Counted from the first letter of the stretch, positions 35,159 to 47,785 are shown. The stretch is 64,000 bases of DNA from Sminthopsis crassicaudata (GCF_048593235.1 NC_133622.1:16492001-16556000), one strand, 5' to 3'. The notes: generated by a model not told the origin, from the letters alone. Program-made: numbers and translations.

Positions 35159-35424
35159 TCATCAAGAATCTTAAAAGGCTAGAATTAAATCTATCCTGTG
35201 AGATTTTTTCTTGTTCCTGGGTCTGGAAGCCTGAAATAAATCCACATATTGTAGACGGTATTTCCTGAACCATTCTTGCTGAACATTTCCAGATTAAGGA
35301 ATTAGGTCTGAAAGGTGCCATCAGGAACAGAGCCAGAAAGCATGGGGATACCATTTAATTAGTTTAATTACATTATCTATCAGATTGCACCCCCATCTTA
35401 AAATGTCACATGATGCCTAATTTT

Positions 35425-36450
35425 TTTTTCTATAAATCTTTTTATTTTTATTTTCACAACATATGCATGGATACTTTTTCAACATTGACCCTTGCATTGC
35501 CTCTTGTTTCAGATTTTCTTCCCTTAACCCCTCCCTAGATGGCAAACAATTTAATATATGTTAAGCATGTTGAAATATGTGTTAAATTCAATATGTATAA
35601 ATGTATTTATATAATTCTCTTTCTGCACAAGAGAAATCAGATTAAAAAAAAGAAAGCAAATGAATAAGAAAACAAAAAGCAAGTGAACAACAAAGAGAAT
35701 GAGAATGCTGTGTTGTGATCCATACTCAATTCCCACAGTCCTCTCTCTGGGTGTGGATGACACAAGATCATTGGAAGTGCCATCAATCATCTCACTGTTG
35801 AAAAGAGTCATGTCCAGTCTGAACTGATTGTCGTATAATATTGATGTTGCCATGTATAATGATCTGGTTCTGCTCATTCCCCTTAGCATCAGTTCCTGTA
35901 GATCTCTCCAAGCCTCTCAAATCATTCTCCTGATCATTTCTTATACAACAGTAATGTGCTATAACATTCATATACCATGTCTTATTCAGCCATTCTCCAA
36001 CTAATGGGCATCCATTCAGTTTGCAGCTTTTCACACTACACAAAGGGCTGCCACAAACATTTTTGCACATGGGGGTCCCTTTCCTTCCTTTAAGATCTCT
36101 GGGATGTAAGCCGTGTTAAGGACCATGCTTAAGTGAAGGGGAGGGTCAATTCTCAGAGAGCCTCCACAGCTGTGAATCATAACATCTGAAGGATTGCAGG
36201 GCAGCCCTTATTAGTGCAGATGTTCCCTGTAGATTGGGAATGAAATAAATTGGAAGCAAAAGGGAAGAGGAGGGAGGTCAGACAATGCAACTAACTGCCT
36301 CAGTGGAGAGGTGGGAGAATGCAACTGTCTCAGTCCTCCTTGTATCATCCTCTCACGTGAAGAGTTAGAACTCCAGCAATCACTGGCAGGTGGCTGCCCT
36401 ATCACAACAAAGCCCAATAGAAACACTGCTGGGTCAAAGGGTATGCACAA
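35425..36450 (-). mobile_element. L1 3' fragment interrupted by a solo LTR
   Basis: L1 homology stops at 36113 (gggatgtaagcc) and resumes at 36410 (aagcccaatagaaacactgctgggtcaaagggtatgcaca). Confidence 0.85.
36114..36409. mobile_element. Solo LTR (296 bp, TG...CA) with a 6-bp near-perfect TSD
   Basis: Begins TGTTAAGG and ends CAACA; flanks are AAGCCG (36108-36113) and AAGCCC (36410-36415). Confidence 0.75.
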
Positions 36451-37454
36451 TTATACAAGTTATTCTTGACAATTAATTCTTGTCAACCATTATTTACAAG
36501 TAATTGGAATTTTATTGTAATTCTATGATTTTTAGGAATTAAAAAAATTTACTTTAGTAGTGATGATTCATAAGCCAATTTGTGAATATTATGCTGAAGT
36601 TTATGTATAAACAACTTGTCAGCATAATTATAGTGGTGTTTTTAATGCAAATCTTGCAACTTAGAGCTATGATTTGGATGAGTATGTAGAATTTCTGAAC
36701 TATAATTCCATATCTTTTTGTGACCCTAGATAAATTGCTTGTTTATTTTGCATGCAGGAAAGTTTTATTTTGCATTCTTGAAAGACAGGGTGCCTTGAAA
36801 GACACACCTTTAAAACGCCAAAGGCGGGATTTTATTTCCTATCCTGAAGCACAAGTTTCTCCCATGATTCCCCATTAATTGGATGTTACAGAATTACAGG
36901 ACATGAATCTCCACTCTTTTTACATAGTCAGACCCTGCTCCCAAGTAGCTAAGAGAGGAGGGCTAAGGACAAATAATAAAAGATTCTTTTCACCTGACAC
37001 CTGACACCCCTGATTACAAAAGTCAGTCCCTGCTCACATGGAGTTTACATTCTTTTGGGGGAAGATAATTCCACCCTTGATTATTTCTTGAAGTCCATGT
37101 GGGTCATTTTTCTAATTTGTTTCAATTCTCTAGTTTAATTTTCATAACTGTGGAAACCCCAAATACCCATCCATTTCTTACAATTTTCCCCCTTTTTTCT
37201 TTTAATAATTTGGTTTCCGCATTCTTTTCAAATCGAAAAATTTGGCTAATTTTTACATCTTACTTCATAAAAATCTGTTAATCCTTTACACAGAATGAAT
37301 AGTTAATCCCTGAATTCTTTACCAATTATTCTGATGTGACTATACAAGGAGTAGATCTACTTCCAATTATAACAGAAGTCATTTAAAAAAAAAAAATTTG
37401 AAATGGACACTTTTGTACTTTGCAAGACTATAACTTGAAATAAGGAAAATTCTT

Positions 37455-39645
37455 TTTTTAAACTTTTTAAATTTTTTAAAATTATTTTTTATAATTATAA
37501 CATTTTCTTTGTTAGTACATATGCATAGGTTAATTTTTATTTTTATTATTATTATTTTTAACAACATTATCCCTTGTACTCCCTTCTGTTAAGAGTTTTT
37601 CCCCTCCTTCCCTCCACCCTCACCCCTAGATGGCAGGCATTCCCATACATATTAAACATCTTATAGTATATCCTAGGTACAATATATATGTGCAGAACCG
37701 AATTTTGTTGTTGTCGTTGTTGCAAAGGATGAATTGTATTCAGAAGGTAAAAATAATCTGGGAAGAGAAACAAAAACAAAACAAAACAAAAAAAACCAAT
37801 GCTCACAGTTTACACTCATTTCCCAGTGTTCCTTTTCTGGATGTAGCTGATTCTGTCCATCATTGATCAACTGGAATTGGATTAGCTCTTCTCTATGTTG
37901 AAGATTTCCACTTCCATCAGCATACATCCTCGTACAGTATTGTTGTTGAAGTGTACAGTGATCTTCTGGTTCTGCTCGTTTCACTCAGCATCAGTTGATG
38001 TAAGTCTCTCCAAGCCTCTCTGTATTCCTCCTGCTGGTCATTTCTTACAGAAAATAATATTCCATAACCTTCATATACCATAGTTTACCCAACCATTCTC
38101 CAATTGATGGACATCCATTCATCTTCCAGCTTCTAGCCACTATGAAAAGGCCTGCCACAAACATTTTGGCACATACAGGTCCCTTTCCGCTCTTTAGTAT
38201 TTCCTTGGGATATAAGCCCAATAGCAGCAATGCTGGATCAAAGGGTATGCACATTTTGATAAATTTTTGGACATAATTCCAGATTGCTCTCCAGAATGGC
38301 TGGATTCTTTCACAACTCCACCAACAATGCATCAGTGTCCCAGTTTTCCCACAGCCCCTCCAACATTCATCATTATTTGTTCCTGTCATCTTAGCCAATC
38401 TGACAGGTGTGTAGTGGTATCTCAGAGTTGTCTTAATTTGCATTTCTCTGATCAATAGTGATTTGGAACACTCTTTCATATGAGTGGAAATAGTTTTAAT
38501 TTCATCATCTGAAAATTGTCTGTTCATATCTTTGATCATTTATCAATTAGAGAATGACTTGATTTCTTTTAAATTAGAGTCAATTCTCTTTATATTTTGG
38601 AGATGGGCCTTTATCAGAACCTTTAACTGTAAAAATGTTTTCCCAATTTGTTACTTCCCTTCTAATCTTGTTTGCATTAGTTTTATTTGTGCAGAAACTT
38701 TTTAATTTGGTGTAATCAAAATTTTCTATTTTGTGATCAATTATGCTCTCTAGTTCTCCCTTGGACACAAACTCCTTCCTCCTCCACAAGACTGAGAGGT
38801 AAACCATCCCATGTTCCTCCAATTTATTTATGATTTCGTTCTTTATGCCTAAATCTTGGACCCATTTTGATCTAATCTTATTATGTGGCGTTAAATGTAG
38901 ATCCATGCCTAGTTTCTGCCATACTAATTTCCAGTTTTCCCAGCAGTTTTTGTCAAATAATGAATTCTTATCCCAAAAGTTGGGATCTTTGGGTTTGTCA
39001 AACACTAGATTGCTATTTTTAGTCACTATCTTGCCCTGTGAACCTAACCTATGCCACTGATCAACTAGTCTATTTCTTAGCCAATACCAAATGGTTTTGG
39101 TGACTGTTGCTTTATAATATAGCTTTAAATCAGGTACAGCTAGACCACCTTCATTTAATTTTTTTTTTTTCATTACTTCCCTTGAAATTCTCGACCTTTT
39201 GTTGTTCCATGTGAATTCTGTTGTTATTTTTTCTAGGTCATTAAAATAGTTTCTTGGGAGTCTGATTGGTATAGCACTAAATGAATAGATTAGTTTGGGG
39301 AGTATTGTCATCTTTATTATATTCGCTCGGCCTATCCAAGAGCACTGAATGTCTTTCCAATGATTTAAATCTGACTTTATTTTTGTGGCAAGTGTTTCGT
39401 AATTTTGCTCATATAATTCCTGACACTCCTTTGGTAGATATATTCCCTTTTATACTATCGACCGTTATTTTGAATGGAATTTCTCTTTGTATCTCTTGCT
39501 GTTGGATTGTGTTGATAATGTATAAAAATGCTGAGGATTTATGTGGATTTATTTTGTATCCTGCGACTTTGCTAAAATTCTGAATTATTTCTAATAGCTT
39601 TTTAGCAGAGTCTTTGGGGTTCTCTAAGTATACCATCATGTCATC
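37455..39645 (-). mobile_element. 2.2-kb 5'-truncated young L1 (ORF2 3' part plus 3' UTR) with a 12-bp TSD
   Basis: AGGAAAATTCTT at 37443-37454 and 39646-39657. ORF2 fragments at 39409-39639, 38580-39311 and 38045-38539 are in different frames. Confidence 0.95.
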
Positions 39646-39820
39646 AGGAAAATTCTTAATATGTTTTTTGTTACAGTAAATTATACCTTTTATGAAAGTC
39701 CTATATGTTTATAAAACTTGTTTCATGTTACCTTAATCTTCGTGTTATGTTGGTTTTTCACGTAAGAGAATTGTTGTCTAGTATAAAAGTTGAGTTGTAA
39801 CAATTATTTTCATATTTTAG

Positions 39821-39864
39821 TGTAGAAAATCACATGAAATTATGAAGTTCTAGAGTGATATCAG
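39821..39864 (+). pseudogene. ANAPC4: psiANAPC4 exon (EENSDEIIKLLGDVR)
   Basis: ttttag|t gta gaa aat cac at gaa att atg aag ttc TAG agt gat atc ag|ATacat: 1-nt deletion, a stop and a lost donor. Confidence 0.75.
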
Positions 39865-40253
39865 ATACATTTTCATGGAAATATTTGTGGTGATAAATAT
39901 AGGTTTCTTATTTTTAACTTAATTTGAGGAGGAAGTATTAAATGGATCGTTATGTGTTTGTACAATTTTTTTTTTCTTTTTCATTAAGCATTCTTTTAAC
40001 TTGATTTTATTCTATGGCCTTTCATTTTGTCAATTTAAAAAAATAGTTTTAATAGACTTGCATTCCTTTCCTATTTTTTTTTTTTTAAGAAAAGAAATTT
40101 TAATGGAGTAAAGTAGTTATGAATGAGATTTTATCTTTGACTCCTAGAGTTGGATGTTGTATTGCATTTAGGTCCCATCAAATATATTTATTATTAAGGT
40201 GGAGACATGGCACATAGACAAAAGAATTAGGGACATAGCGTGGACAAATTATA

Positions 40254-40708
40254 NNNNNNNNNNNNNNNNNNNNNNNNNNNNNNNNNNNNNNNNNNNNNNN
40301 NNNNNNNNNNNNNNNNNNNNNNNNNNNNNNNNNNNNNNNNNNNNNNNNNNNNNNNNNNNNNNNNNNNNNNNNNNNNNNNNNNNNNNNNNNNNNNNNNNNN
40401 NNNNNNNNNNNNNNNNNNNNNNNNNNNNNNNNNNNNNNNNNNNNNNNNNNNNNNNNNNNNNNNNNNNNNNNNNNNNNNNNNNNNNNNNNNNNNNNNNNNN
40501 NNNNNNNNNNNNNNNNNNNNNNNNNNNNNNNNNNNNNNNNNNNNNNNNNNNNNNNNNNNNNNNNNNNNNNNNNNNNNNNNNNNNNNNNNNNNNNNNNNNN
40601 NNNNNNNNNNNNNNNNNNNNNNNNNNNNNNNNNNNNNNNNNNNNNNNNNNNNNNNNNNNNNNNNNNNNNNNNNNNNNNNNNNNNNNNNNNNNNNNNNNNN
40701 NNNNNNNN
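40254..40708. other. Assembly gap (N run)
   Basis: Run of n characters. Confidence 1.
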
Positions 40709-41223
40709 GAAAATTTTCATCTTAGGTATAACTTCAGTTAGCCTTTCTAAGCTTCTGTTTCCTTATCTTTATAAACAGGGAATAATAACAGTTAAACCTT
40801 GTGGGCTTGTTGTGTGAATCCATAGCCCTAATATGTGCAGAGTGCTTTGTAAATCTTAGACTAGAAATGGCAGGTGTCATCTTAGTAGAGCTATGATGAT
40901 ACTGGTCACAGATAAGAAGCAGCACTGTATTGGTACTTTAATGATAATTTTTACTCTTATTATCTGCCAACAACCTGTTATCTTCCAGGTAGCAGGCTTT
41001 GCTCATTTGCACAGTTGAATTTTTATGCTGCTTTGGAAAAGATTAGGCATGTTTAGCTGAATTTGACCAACAAATCAGTAGACTTGTTTTGCTTTATCAA
41101 TTTCCACTGCAGGAGAACCTTAATATGTAGATTATATAGGAAAAGTCATTTAGAGCTGAGTTTTAGAACTTAATTATTTCTATTGTTGATTAGTCCTCAG
41201 CTTGTTGCCTTACTTTGAATTAG

Positions 41224-41308
41224 GCTTAATGCTCTTGTCCTTGGAGGAAACTCTGAGTTCATTGAGATCTATGCTTATGGAATGTACAAAATTGCCACTG
41301 TTACAGGG
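41224..41308 (+). pseudogene. ANAPC4: psiANAPC4 exon (RLNILVLGGSSGFIELYAYGMFKIARVTG), reading frame intact
   Basis: attag|; (R)LNALVLGGNSEFIEIYAYGMYKIATVTG; |GTGAGT. Confidence 0.93.
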
Positions 41309-42158
41309 GTGAGTTTTCCTTTTATATTTTCCCTATAATTTTTTTTAATACACCAGCTAATTCATTTGTGAGAGAAGATTCAAACACTAACTATTCTAAT
41401 TTTCAGTGATTGAAATAACTATTTCTCAAATACTGAGTGTATATTTTTTTTCTGAAAGGATTGATGAATATTTTCTTACAATCTTAGGAATTAATTAAAT
41501 TTGGAAGTTAGAGATTTCAGCTATAATTCATACAAAGTGTAAAAGTAAGAGACATAATACTCATAACAAGCAGGAGCTATTAGTTGCTAATGGAATTGAA
41601 GACAACTAACAAAAATGATTGAAATGCTTGTAGTTGCTTTATAACCTCACTTCTTGTTTATTATCTTTTTGCCGGCCTGTGGAGAATAAAAGCTAGAATT
41701 GGTGGCTAAAATACAGCTAAGCTAAATTAGTCACAGCTAGTTTTCTTTCTCTCCCCCGCACCAGAGCTAAATGCTTAGTGCTGAACTTGTTCCCTCCTCA
41801 ATTCTGCCTTCCCTCTCAGAGGGAGAAGAATTTCTGCTGCTGAACTCTTTAGTTGTGGAAACTGACTTTGTTGGGTAACCCAAGGGAAGAAGGGAGAAAA
41901 GAAACAGTGAGATCACTTCCCTGAATGAAGGCCCTAACTGTACAAGTTAGTTTGACACTTCAGTGCCCGTGGCAGAAGGCAGGCAATATCCTGATCCATG
42001 GAGATTTCTGTTGCATGAGCTGTCAGGTTTTCTAGGTTTTACATAGGTTTTTGCCTCATATATTATACACAACGGCAAAGTTGTGCATTAATATTAAAAA
42101 TGTTATTTGAGTGAAATGAACAAATAAAATTTATGACTGGAATCTTTTACCTTCTCAG

Positions 42159-42269
42159 GTTTCTGGTTCGTGTCTCGGCTTATGCTTATCAAGTGACTTG
42201 AAATCATTATCAGTTATTACAGAGACAGGAGATTCTACCAGTGTTATGTCAGAAATTTCATATTTTCAG
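42159..42269 (+). pseudogene. ANAPC4: psiANAPC4 exon (IAGTCLALCLSSDLKSLSVVTE...SEVSYFQ), reading frame intact
   Basis: ctcag|VSGSCLGLCLSSDLKSLSVITETGDSTSVMSEISYFQ|GTGAGT; 111 nt. Confidence 0.95.
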
Positions 42270-42829
42270 GTGAGTAAAACTGAGCTTCAGAGCAATGTGA
42301 AATACAGTCTATTTCTTGTAGACATGCTTTTCTTATCTAGTGAGTTCAGTGGCTGAGAACCATTTTGATGATGTATTGCTTAATAATATTAAAGACTGAG
42401 AGTTAGAGAGCTCTATAAGACCTGCAAAGATCTTCACATATATTCCCATTTCTGAGCTTTACATGACTGAGATAAGTACCAATGGTATTATTATCTCCAT
42501 TGAGATAGCTTGAGTCTCAGAGAGAAATGACTTGCCCATAGTCACATAGTAAATAGAATTCTATTCTGTAGAATATGTTCATACATATTCTGTCTGAAAC
42601 AGAATCAGAATCCAGAACTTCTTCCTTGACAATAAAACTCACCCATATCCAACATCCCATAAATACATAATATGGCCTTTATAACTCCAGCATCTTTTTT
42701 AGAGAAAATAGCTTTATGGGCATTGTGATTTCAGCAGAGAAAGCATTCATCAGAATTGGTTCTGTGTAGTAGTGGACGGCCTGTAGAAGCAGTAACATGG
42801 TTGGTCTGGTTATGGTGAATTCCACGTAA

Positions 42830-44860
42830 AGCAAACCTTAAAATTGTACAAAACTTATCAGTAACTACAATAAAAGACTGCAGGTCCTGGAAGTGTATCT
42901 ACTGACAATCAAAAAAAGTAGGTCTGGGCCAAAAATATCACAACCAGCAAAATTATTATTATTATTTTTAATAGTTTTTATTTACCAGATATATGCACGG
43001 GTAATTTTACAACATTGACAATTGCCAAACATTTTGTTCTAATTTTTCCCCTCCTTCTCCCCCCCACCCCGCCAGCCAGATAGCAGGTTGACCAATACAT
43101 GTTAAATAGTTAAGAATATAAATTAAATATAATATATATACATGACCAAACAGTTGTTTTGCTGTACAAAAAGAATCAGACTTTGAAATAGTGGACAATT
43201 AGCCTGTGAAGGAAATCCAAAATTCAGGTGGACAAAATGAGAGGGATTGGGAATTCTATGTAGTGGTTCATAGTCATCTCCCAGAGTTCTTTCACTGGGT
43301 GTAGCTGGTTCAGTTCATTACTGCTCTATTGGATCTGATTTGGTTCATCTCATTGTTGAAGACGGCCTTGTCCATCAGAATTGATCATCACATAGTATTG
43401 TTGTTGAAGTGTATAGTGATCTCCTGGTCCTGCTCATCTCACTCAGCATCAGTTCCTGTCAGTTTCTCCAGGCCTTTCTGAAATCATCCTGTTTGTCGTT
43501 TCTTACAGAACAATAATATTCCATAATATTCATATACCACATTTTATTCAGCCATTCTCCAATGGATGGGCATCCACTCAGTTTCCAGTTTCTGGCCACT
43601 ACAAAGAGGGCTGCCACAAACATTCTTGCCCTTTCCCTTCTTTAAGATCTCTTTGGGATACAAACCCAGTAGTAACACAGCTGGATCGAAGTGTATGCAC
43701 AGTTTAATAACTTTTTGAGCATAGTTCCAAATTGCTCTCCAGAATGGCTAGATGTATTATTCACAATTCTACCAACAGTATCCCAGTTTTCCCACATCCC
43801 CTCCAACATTGCACATTATCTTTCCCTGTCATTCTAGCCAATATGACAGGTGTGTAGTGGTATTTCAGAGTCAGCAAAATTATTTGTAATAATGAACAAG
43901 AGAAAATGGACATTCAGTGAACTTACAGATTTTCAAGACTTTCTATCAACCCAACCCAAAGTTAATAGAAAATTTAACATATAAGAATCCATATTAAAGA
44001 TCAGTTTTAAAGAACTCAACTCATGGACAAATTGTTTAAACATTCTTTTTTTTTTTTTTTAATATGGATAATGTATATGCTTAAGATTCACATTAGCAAT
44101 AATGTAGCTCAAAAGAATGGCAGTGTTAATGTAAAATAGTAATTATGTTATATAAATGAGGTTTAGAGAAAGAATAGACACAGAGGCATTAGAGGGGGAG
44201 GAGGACTTGCAATTCTGAAAACCTACTCATATCTGGAATGGGTTTAATAGGCAACACTACATATATAACATGAAGGCGGTATAGCACCCTCTAAAATCTG
44301 TAAAGAAATAAGAGAGGAGGGATGGGGCAGATGGGGAAGCAGAGGATGAAGGAAGAGACAAGGAAGGGATCCTTGGGTGGGGGGAGGTTAAGTAATAGCA
44401 AGTCAAGTTAGGAACAGAATTAAAGCAAAGAATCAGTAGGGATATGTGGTAGGGGATATATGTATGTATGTATGTACATATTTATACATAAATTAACTAT
44501 AACTTTCTTGAAGGGGATGATGGGGCATTTAAGAGGAGAAAAGAATAAATGAATGAGATGCTTAGTAGAGAACCAAAAAACAATTTACAAGAAGTAAAGA
44601 AAAATGGACATTCATGAATATAATTTCTTCTACTAATACACACCCACACACACCCACACACACAAACAGACACACATACACTTTTTTGATATGGTAATTT
44701 GTAATATATTTTGAATCCTCTATGATGTTCTATGATGTGCTGTGCTCGATAATGTTCTCTTTTGTTTTGCTTTATTTTGTTTTGTATTCCTTTTCTGTTT
44801 TTTTCTCATTCTGTTTTTTCAAATAAACAGAAAATAAGCAGAAAAAGCCAAAAGAAAATA
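42830..44860 (+). mobile_element. HAL1-like element (L1 ORF1 C-terminus plus long 3' UTR, no ORF2), interrupted by a later L1
   Basis: IVQNLSVTTIKDCRSW...KVGLGPKISQPAKL (42840-42957) continues after the insertion as FVIMNKRKWTFSELTDFQDFLSTQPKVNRKFNI* (to 43984). About 840 nt of non-coding sequence then leads to AATAAA (44822-44827) and an A-rich tail. Confidence 0.7.
42958..43871 (-). mobile_element. 5'-truncated L1 with a 13-bp TSD, nested in the HAL1-like ORF1
   Basis: CAGCAAAATTATT at 42945-42957 and 43872-43884. Confidence 0.95.
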
Positions 44861-45314
44861 ATTTTTAGAGTTTAATTTGGAAAATATTTCAAAAGGTATT
44901 ATAAATTATATAGCTTTTAAATGACAGTGCATTTTTAGAGGTCAGTGTTTAATTAAAAGTTCTGTTCTAAAACTGAGGATTTATATCAACCTCCATGATT
45001 TGACCAAACACTCATTTTGGCAATTAGTATAATCTGAAATATGCTTGTGGAAAATTTTAAATAGGTTATTTCAGTAGGAGGTTTGTTCAAATCATCTTTA
45101 GAATAGTCTTTGAAATTTATCTTGATGCTGGCTACTATTATTTATGTTTTTATCTTTTTCCTGTGAGGCTCAAAGCTAAATTCATTAAGGTCAGCACTTT
45201 ATCCATTATACTGTGTTCCCTCTTCTGAATTTAACAAGCTCATCTAATTGCTTCCTTTAAATTGGCATATTGTCCCTTCGGTGAATGCTAAATTATTTCT
45301 TTTTTTTAAATTAG

Positions 45315-45392
45315 GACTTGGAAAAAGCTTGGCCAGTCAATAGAGTCTTCATACTCCAATATACAGAAATTGGTCAAAAGTCACTTACAAAG
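45315..45392 (+). pseudogene. ANAPC4: psiANAPC4 exon (GLKKLGQSIESSYSSIQKLVISHLQ)
   Basis: ttag|...KKLGQSIESSYSNIQKLVKSHLQ..|GTATGA; 78 nt against 77 expected, i.e. a +1 frameshift at the 5' end. Confidence 0.93.
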
Positions 45393-45537
45393 GTATGATT
45401 ATTTGGAATACTTTAGCAAATGTAGCTGTTGAAATTAATTTAACTAAAATTTTGTAGTGATTCTAGTTATGGTTCTAACTGTGGTTCTTGAGCTTGTTAT
45501 TTTGGTTTATCAATCATTGAATTGGATATAGGAGGAG

Positions 45538-45936
45538 AATTTAAAAAGCAAATGTCCAAATCCATCTATCCCTTACCTCCATATTATTTTCTCTACTGCA
45601 TATACATTGACCCTTTTTCCTAGTTTAATAAAAGCATGTATCAAAATAAACAAATAAAAATAAAAGCCTGTGTCAATTTAAAAATAACTGAAAATTGACG
45701 TCATCAAAGATCCATTTATTACTGAGCAAAATCAGTTAATTTAAAAAGCGAATGTCTGAGTCCATCTGTCATCACCTCCATATTATTTTCTCTACTGCAT
45801 ATACATTGACCGTTTTTCCTAGTTTAATAAAAGCATATATCAAAATAAACAAATAAAAATAAAAGTCTATATCAATTTTAAAATAACTGAAAATTGACAT
45901 CATCACAGATCCATTTTACTATTGAGCAAAATCAGT
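45538..45936 (+). repeat. Tandem duplication, 200-bp unit x2
   Basis: ttaaaaagc at 45541 and 45741; both copies continue acctccatattattttctctactgcatatacattgacc...gagcaaaatcagt. Confidence 0.95.
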
Positions 45937-46114
45937 GAACAATAATGCTTCCTTATCACACAACTGACCTTTAAATGAGCAGATGTGAGCTGTATTTGGA
46001 CTTTGCTCTAGAATGGAAAATATGCATGCTTTATTATAAAACTATGTCTGATAATTTATTTTTAAGTAAATGTGATTGATGTTGTGTTGTCATGTAATAT
46101 GTTTGTTTCTCTAG

Positions 46115-46170
46115 CATCCAGAAACAATTTTTGAAAAGGAAAGTATTTCAATGCAGAAAGAATTGGTCAG
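46115..46170 (+). pseudogene. ANAPC4: psiANAPC4 exon (APDLYNRKGKYFNVERVGQ)
   Basis: ctag|...GKYFNAERIGQ|ATaaaa; 56 nt against 57 expected; donor GT>AT. Confidence 0.85.
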
Positions 46171-46434
46171 ATAAAACATTTTTATTGACTTTGGTTATCA
46201 TGCTAATTCTCTAACAATCTGTAAAAATTTATGGTACTATTAATCTGAATGCTTAATAATTGGTATGGTTTGATCATTTGATTTTGTATGGTTAATGCTA
46301 ATAAATCACTTCTAGGAGATCTAAAATTGAGATGAATGATTCTGCATACATAATACCATAAAATAGAAGCACTCCCTGTTCTTTGGCACAATTTCTTGTT
46401 TTCTTGAGTTTAGTTCTAAATAATTTGTTTCCAG

Positions 46435-46476
46435 TATTTGAAAGATGAAGATGATGATCATGTGTCACCACAAGGA
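46435..46476 (+). pseudogene. ANAPC4: psiANAPC4 truncated exon (YLKDEDDDLVSP)
   Basis: ttccag|YLKDEDDDHVSPQ; homology then ends abruptly and L2-like sequence follows. Confidence 0.85.
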
Positions 46477-46519
46477 GAAAAGATAATGAGTTCTCTTTTT
46501 GGTTGAATTTTAAAAGTCT

Positions 46520-47060
46520 ATGGCACATCCAGTTTGAGATGTTTGAAAGAAAATGAGAGAGGCAAGATTAGAGGTTAGCAGAGGGATGGGACACGTAGAC
46601 TGGGAAATCAGCAACATAGAGGTGGTCATAAAATCCATGGGCTTTCACCAAGTAGTATAGAGGGAGAAGAGAAAGAGACCCACCATGGAAGCCTGAGACT
46701 TACCTGCCTGGACAGGGCATAGTATGAATGGGGATGCAGCAAAGGATATTGAGATGCATGGTGAGCTATTGGATAGGAGAATCCTCCAGAGCAGCAGCAT
46801 GAAAGCAAAGAGAAGGGAAAGATTTTTGTGGGGGGAAAAGGGAACGGTATGAAGTGTAACACTGAGAAAAGGCCATCAGAACTCCTCGGCACCTTTGGAC
46901 AGAGTGGCTGCAGTGAGTGATGAGGTCAGAGGCCAGATGGCAAAGGGTTGAGGTGTAAGTGAGAGCAAAGGACGTGGAGGCAGGAAGAAGCTGCAGCTTT
47001 TTCTCTGAGTTTAACTAAGCATGAGCGGGGAGGACCAGGGTAAGGAGATGCTGTGAGCTA
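46520..47060 (-). mobile_element. L2 remnant
   Basis: gtagactgggaaatcagcaacatagagg...agggagaagagaaagaga...ggccatcaga...gaggtcagaggccagatggcaaaggg. Confidence 0.55.
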
Positions 47061-47785
47061 AGGAAGCTCTATTTTCCGGACAGATCTGATTGTTTATTCC
47101 TAGTTCCTGGTGTTACACTAGAAGAACGTTGCTTGACTTTTTTTTATTTATCCTCCACGCAAACTGGCATTCCTGGGAGTAAATCTAGAATTCTTTCCCA
47201 TTCAATAAACATTCAAGATACCACTAGAAATATTAAAAAAAAAAAAAAAAGAATTAGTGATAAAATCCCTGCTCTCAATAGTCTAGTGGGTTGGGAGAAA
47301 TAGCAGGATGTATCCAGATATGTAACTTTTTAAACTACAAGATTGTCACAATTTTTTTTTTTTTTTTGAGGACAGTGATTCACTATGCGTGTTGTGAGAG
47401 GTAGTATGACATATTAGATAGAGTGCTCCTCTGACAAAACTAGCTGAGTGGCTGGAAAATGACTTCACTTCTCAATGTTTTGGGGAATTCTCTAGTCAAA
47501 GTGCAGAGAAGGTGCCAGCCTACTTTGGAGCAGGTTCTCTGATCATGAACAAATTTGTTTCTGTATTCTTGGTTTCATGAATGTGTAATCAAAAATCTCG
47601 TTTGATCTATCTGTCATCAATAATAGAACAGCAGGACAGGGGGAATTTAGAAGAAAATAGAATGCATCCAAATATAATGACTCTTGATCTTTTTCTTTTT
47701 CCCCTCCCTCTGCCAGTTTAATGTCTGTGCTTTAGTGATCCTTCAGTTAAAGGAGGATCTCTCAATATAATACATTTTCCTCTAG

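Noticed and set aside
36840-36890. EAQVSPM...DVT resembling an earlier ANAPC4 exon (EAPVSCMHWMEVT)
   Set aside because: Similarity is too weak and there are no clear splice boundaries; needs a real alignment.
38045-39639. L1 ORF2 ORFs (243, 164, 76 aa) as a possible active element
   Set aside because: 5'-truncated, lacking ORF1, the promoter and the endonuclease, and split by frameshifts.
40178-40741. ORFs of 161-180 aa spanning the gap (likewise at 6955-7158 and 21275-21520)
   Set aside because: Artefacts of translating N runs.
47120-47635. Faint matches to ANAPC4 exons LFPYYPRKSLHF (~47130-47190) and WNNKTSNLHYL (~47585-47635)
   Set aside because: Only a few identities and no splice sites; cannot be distinguished from chance by eye.
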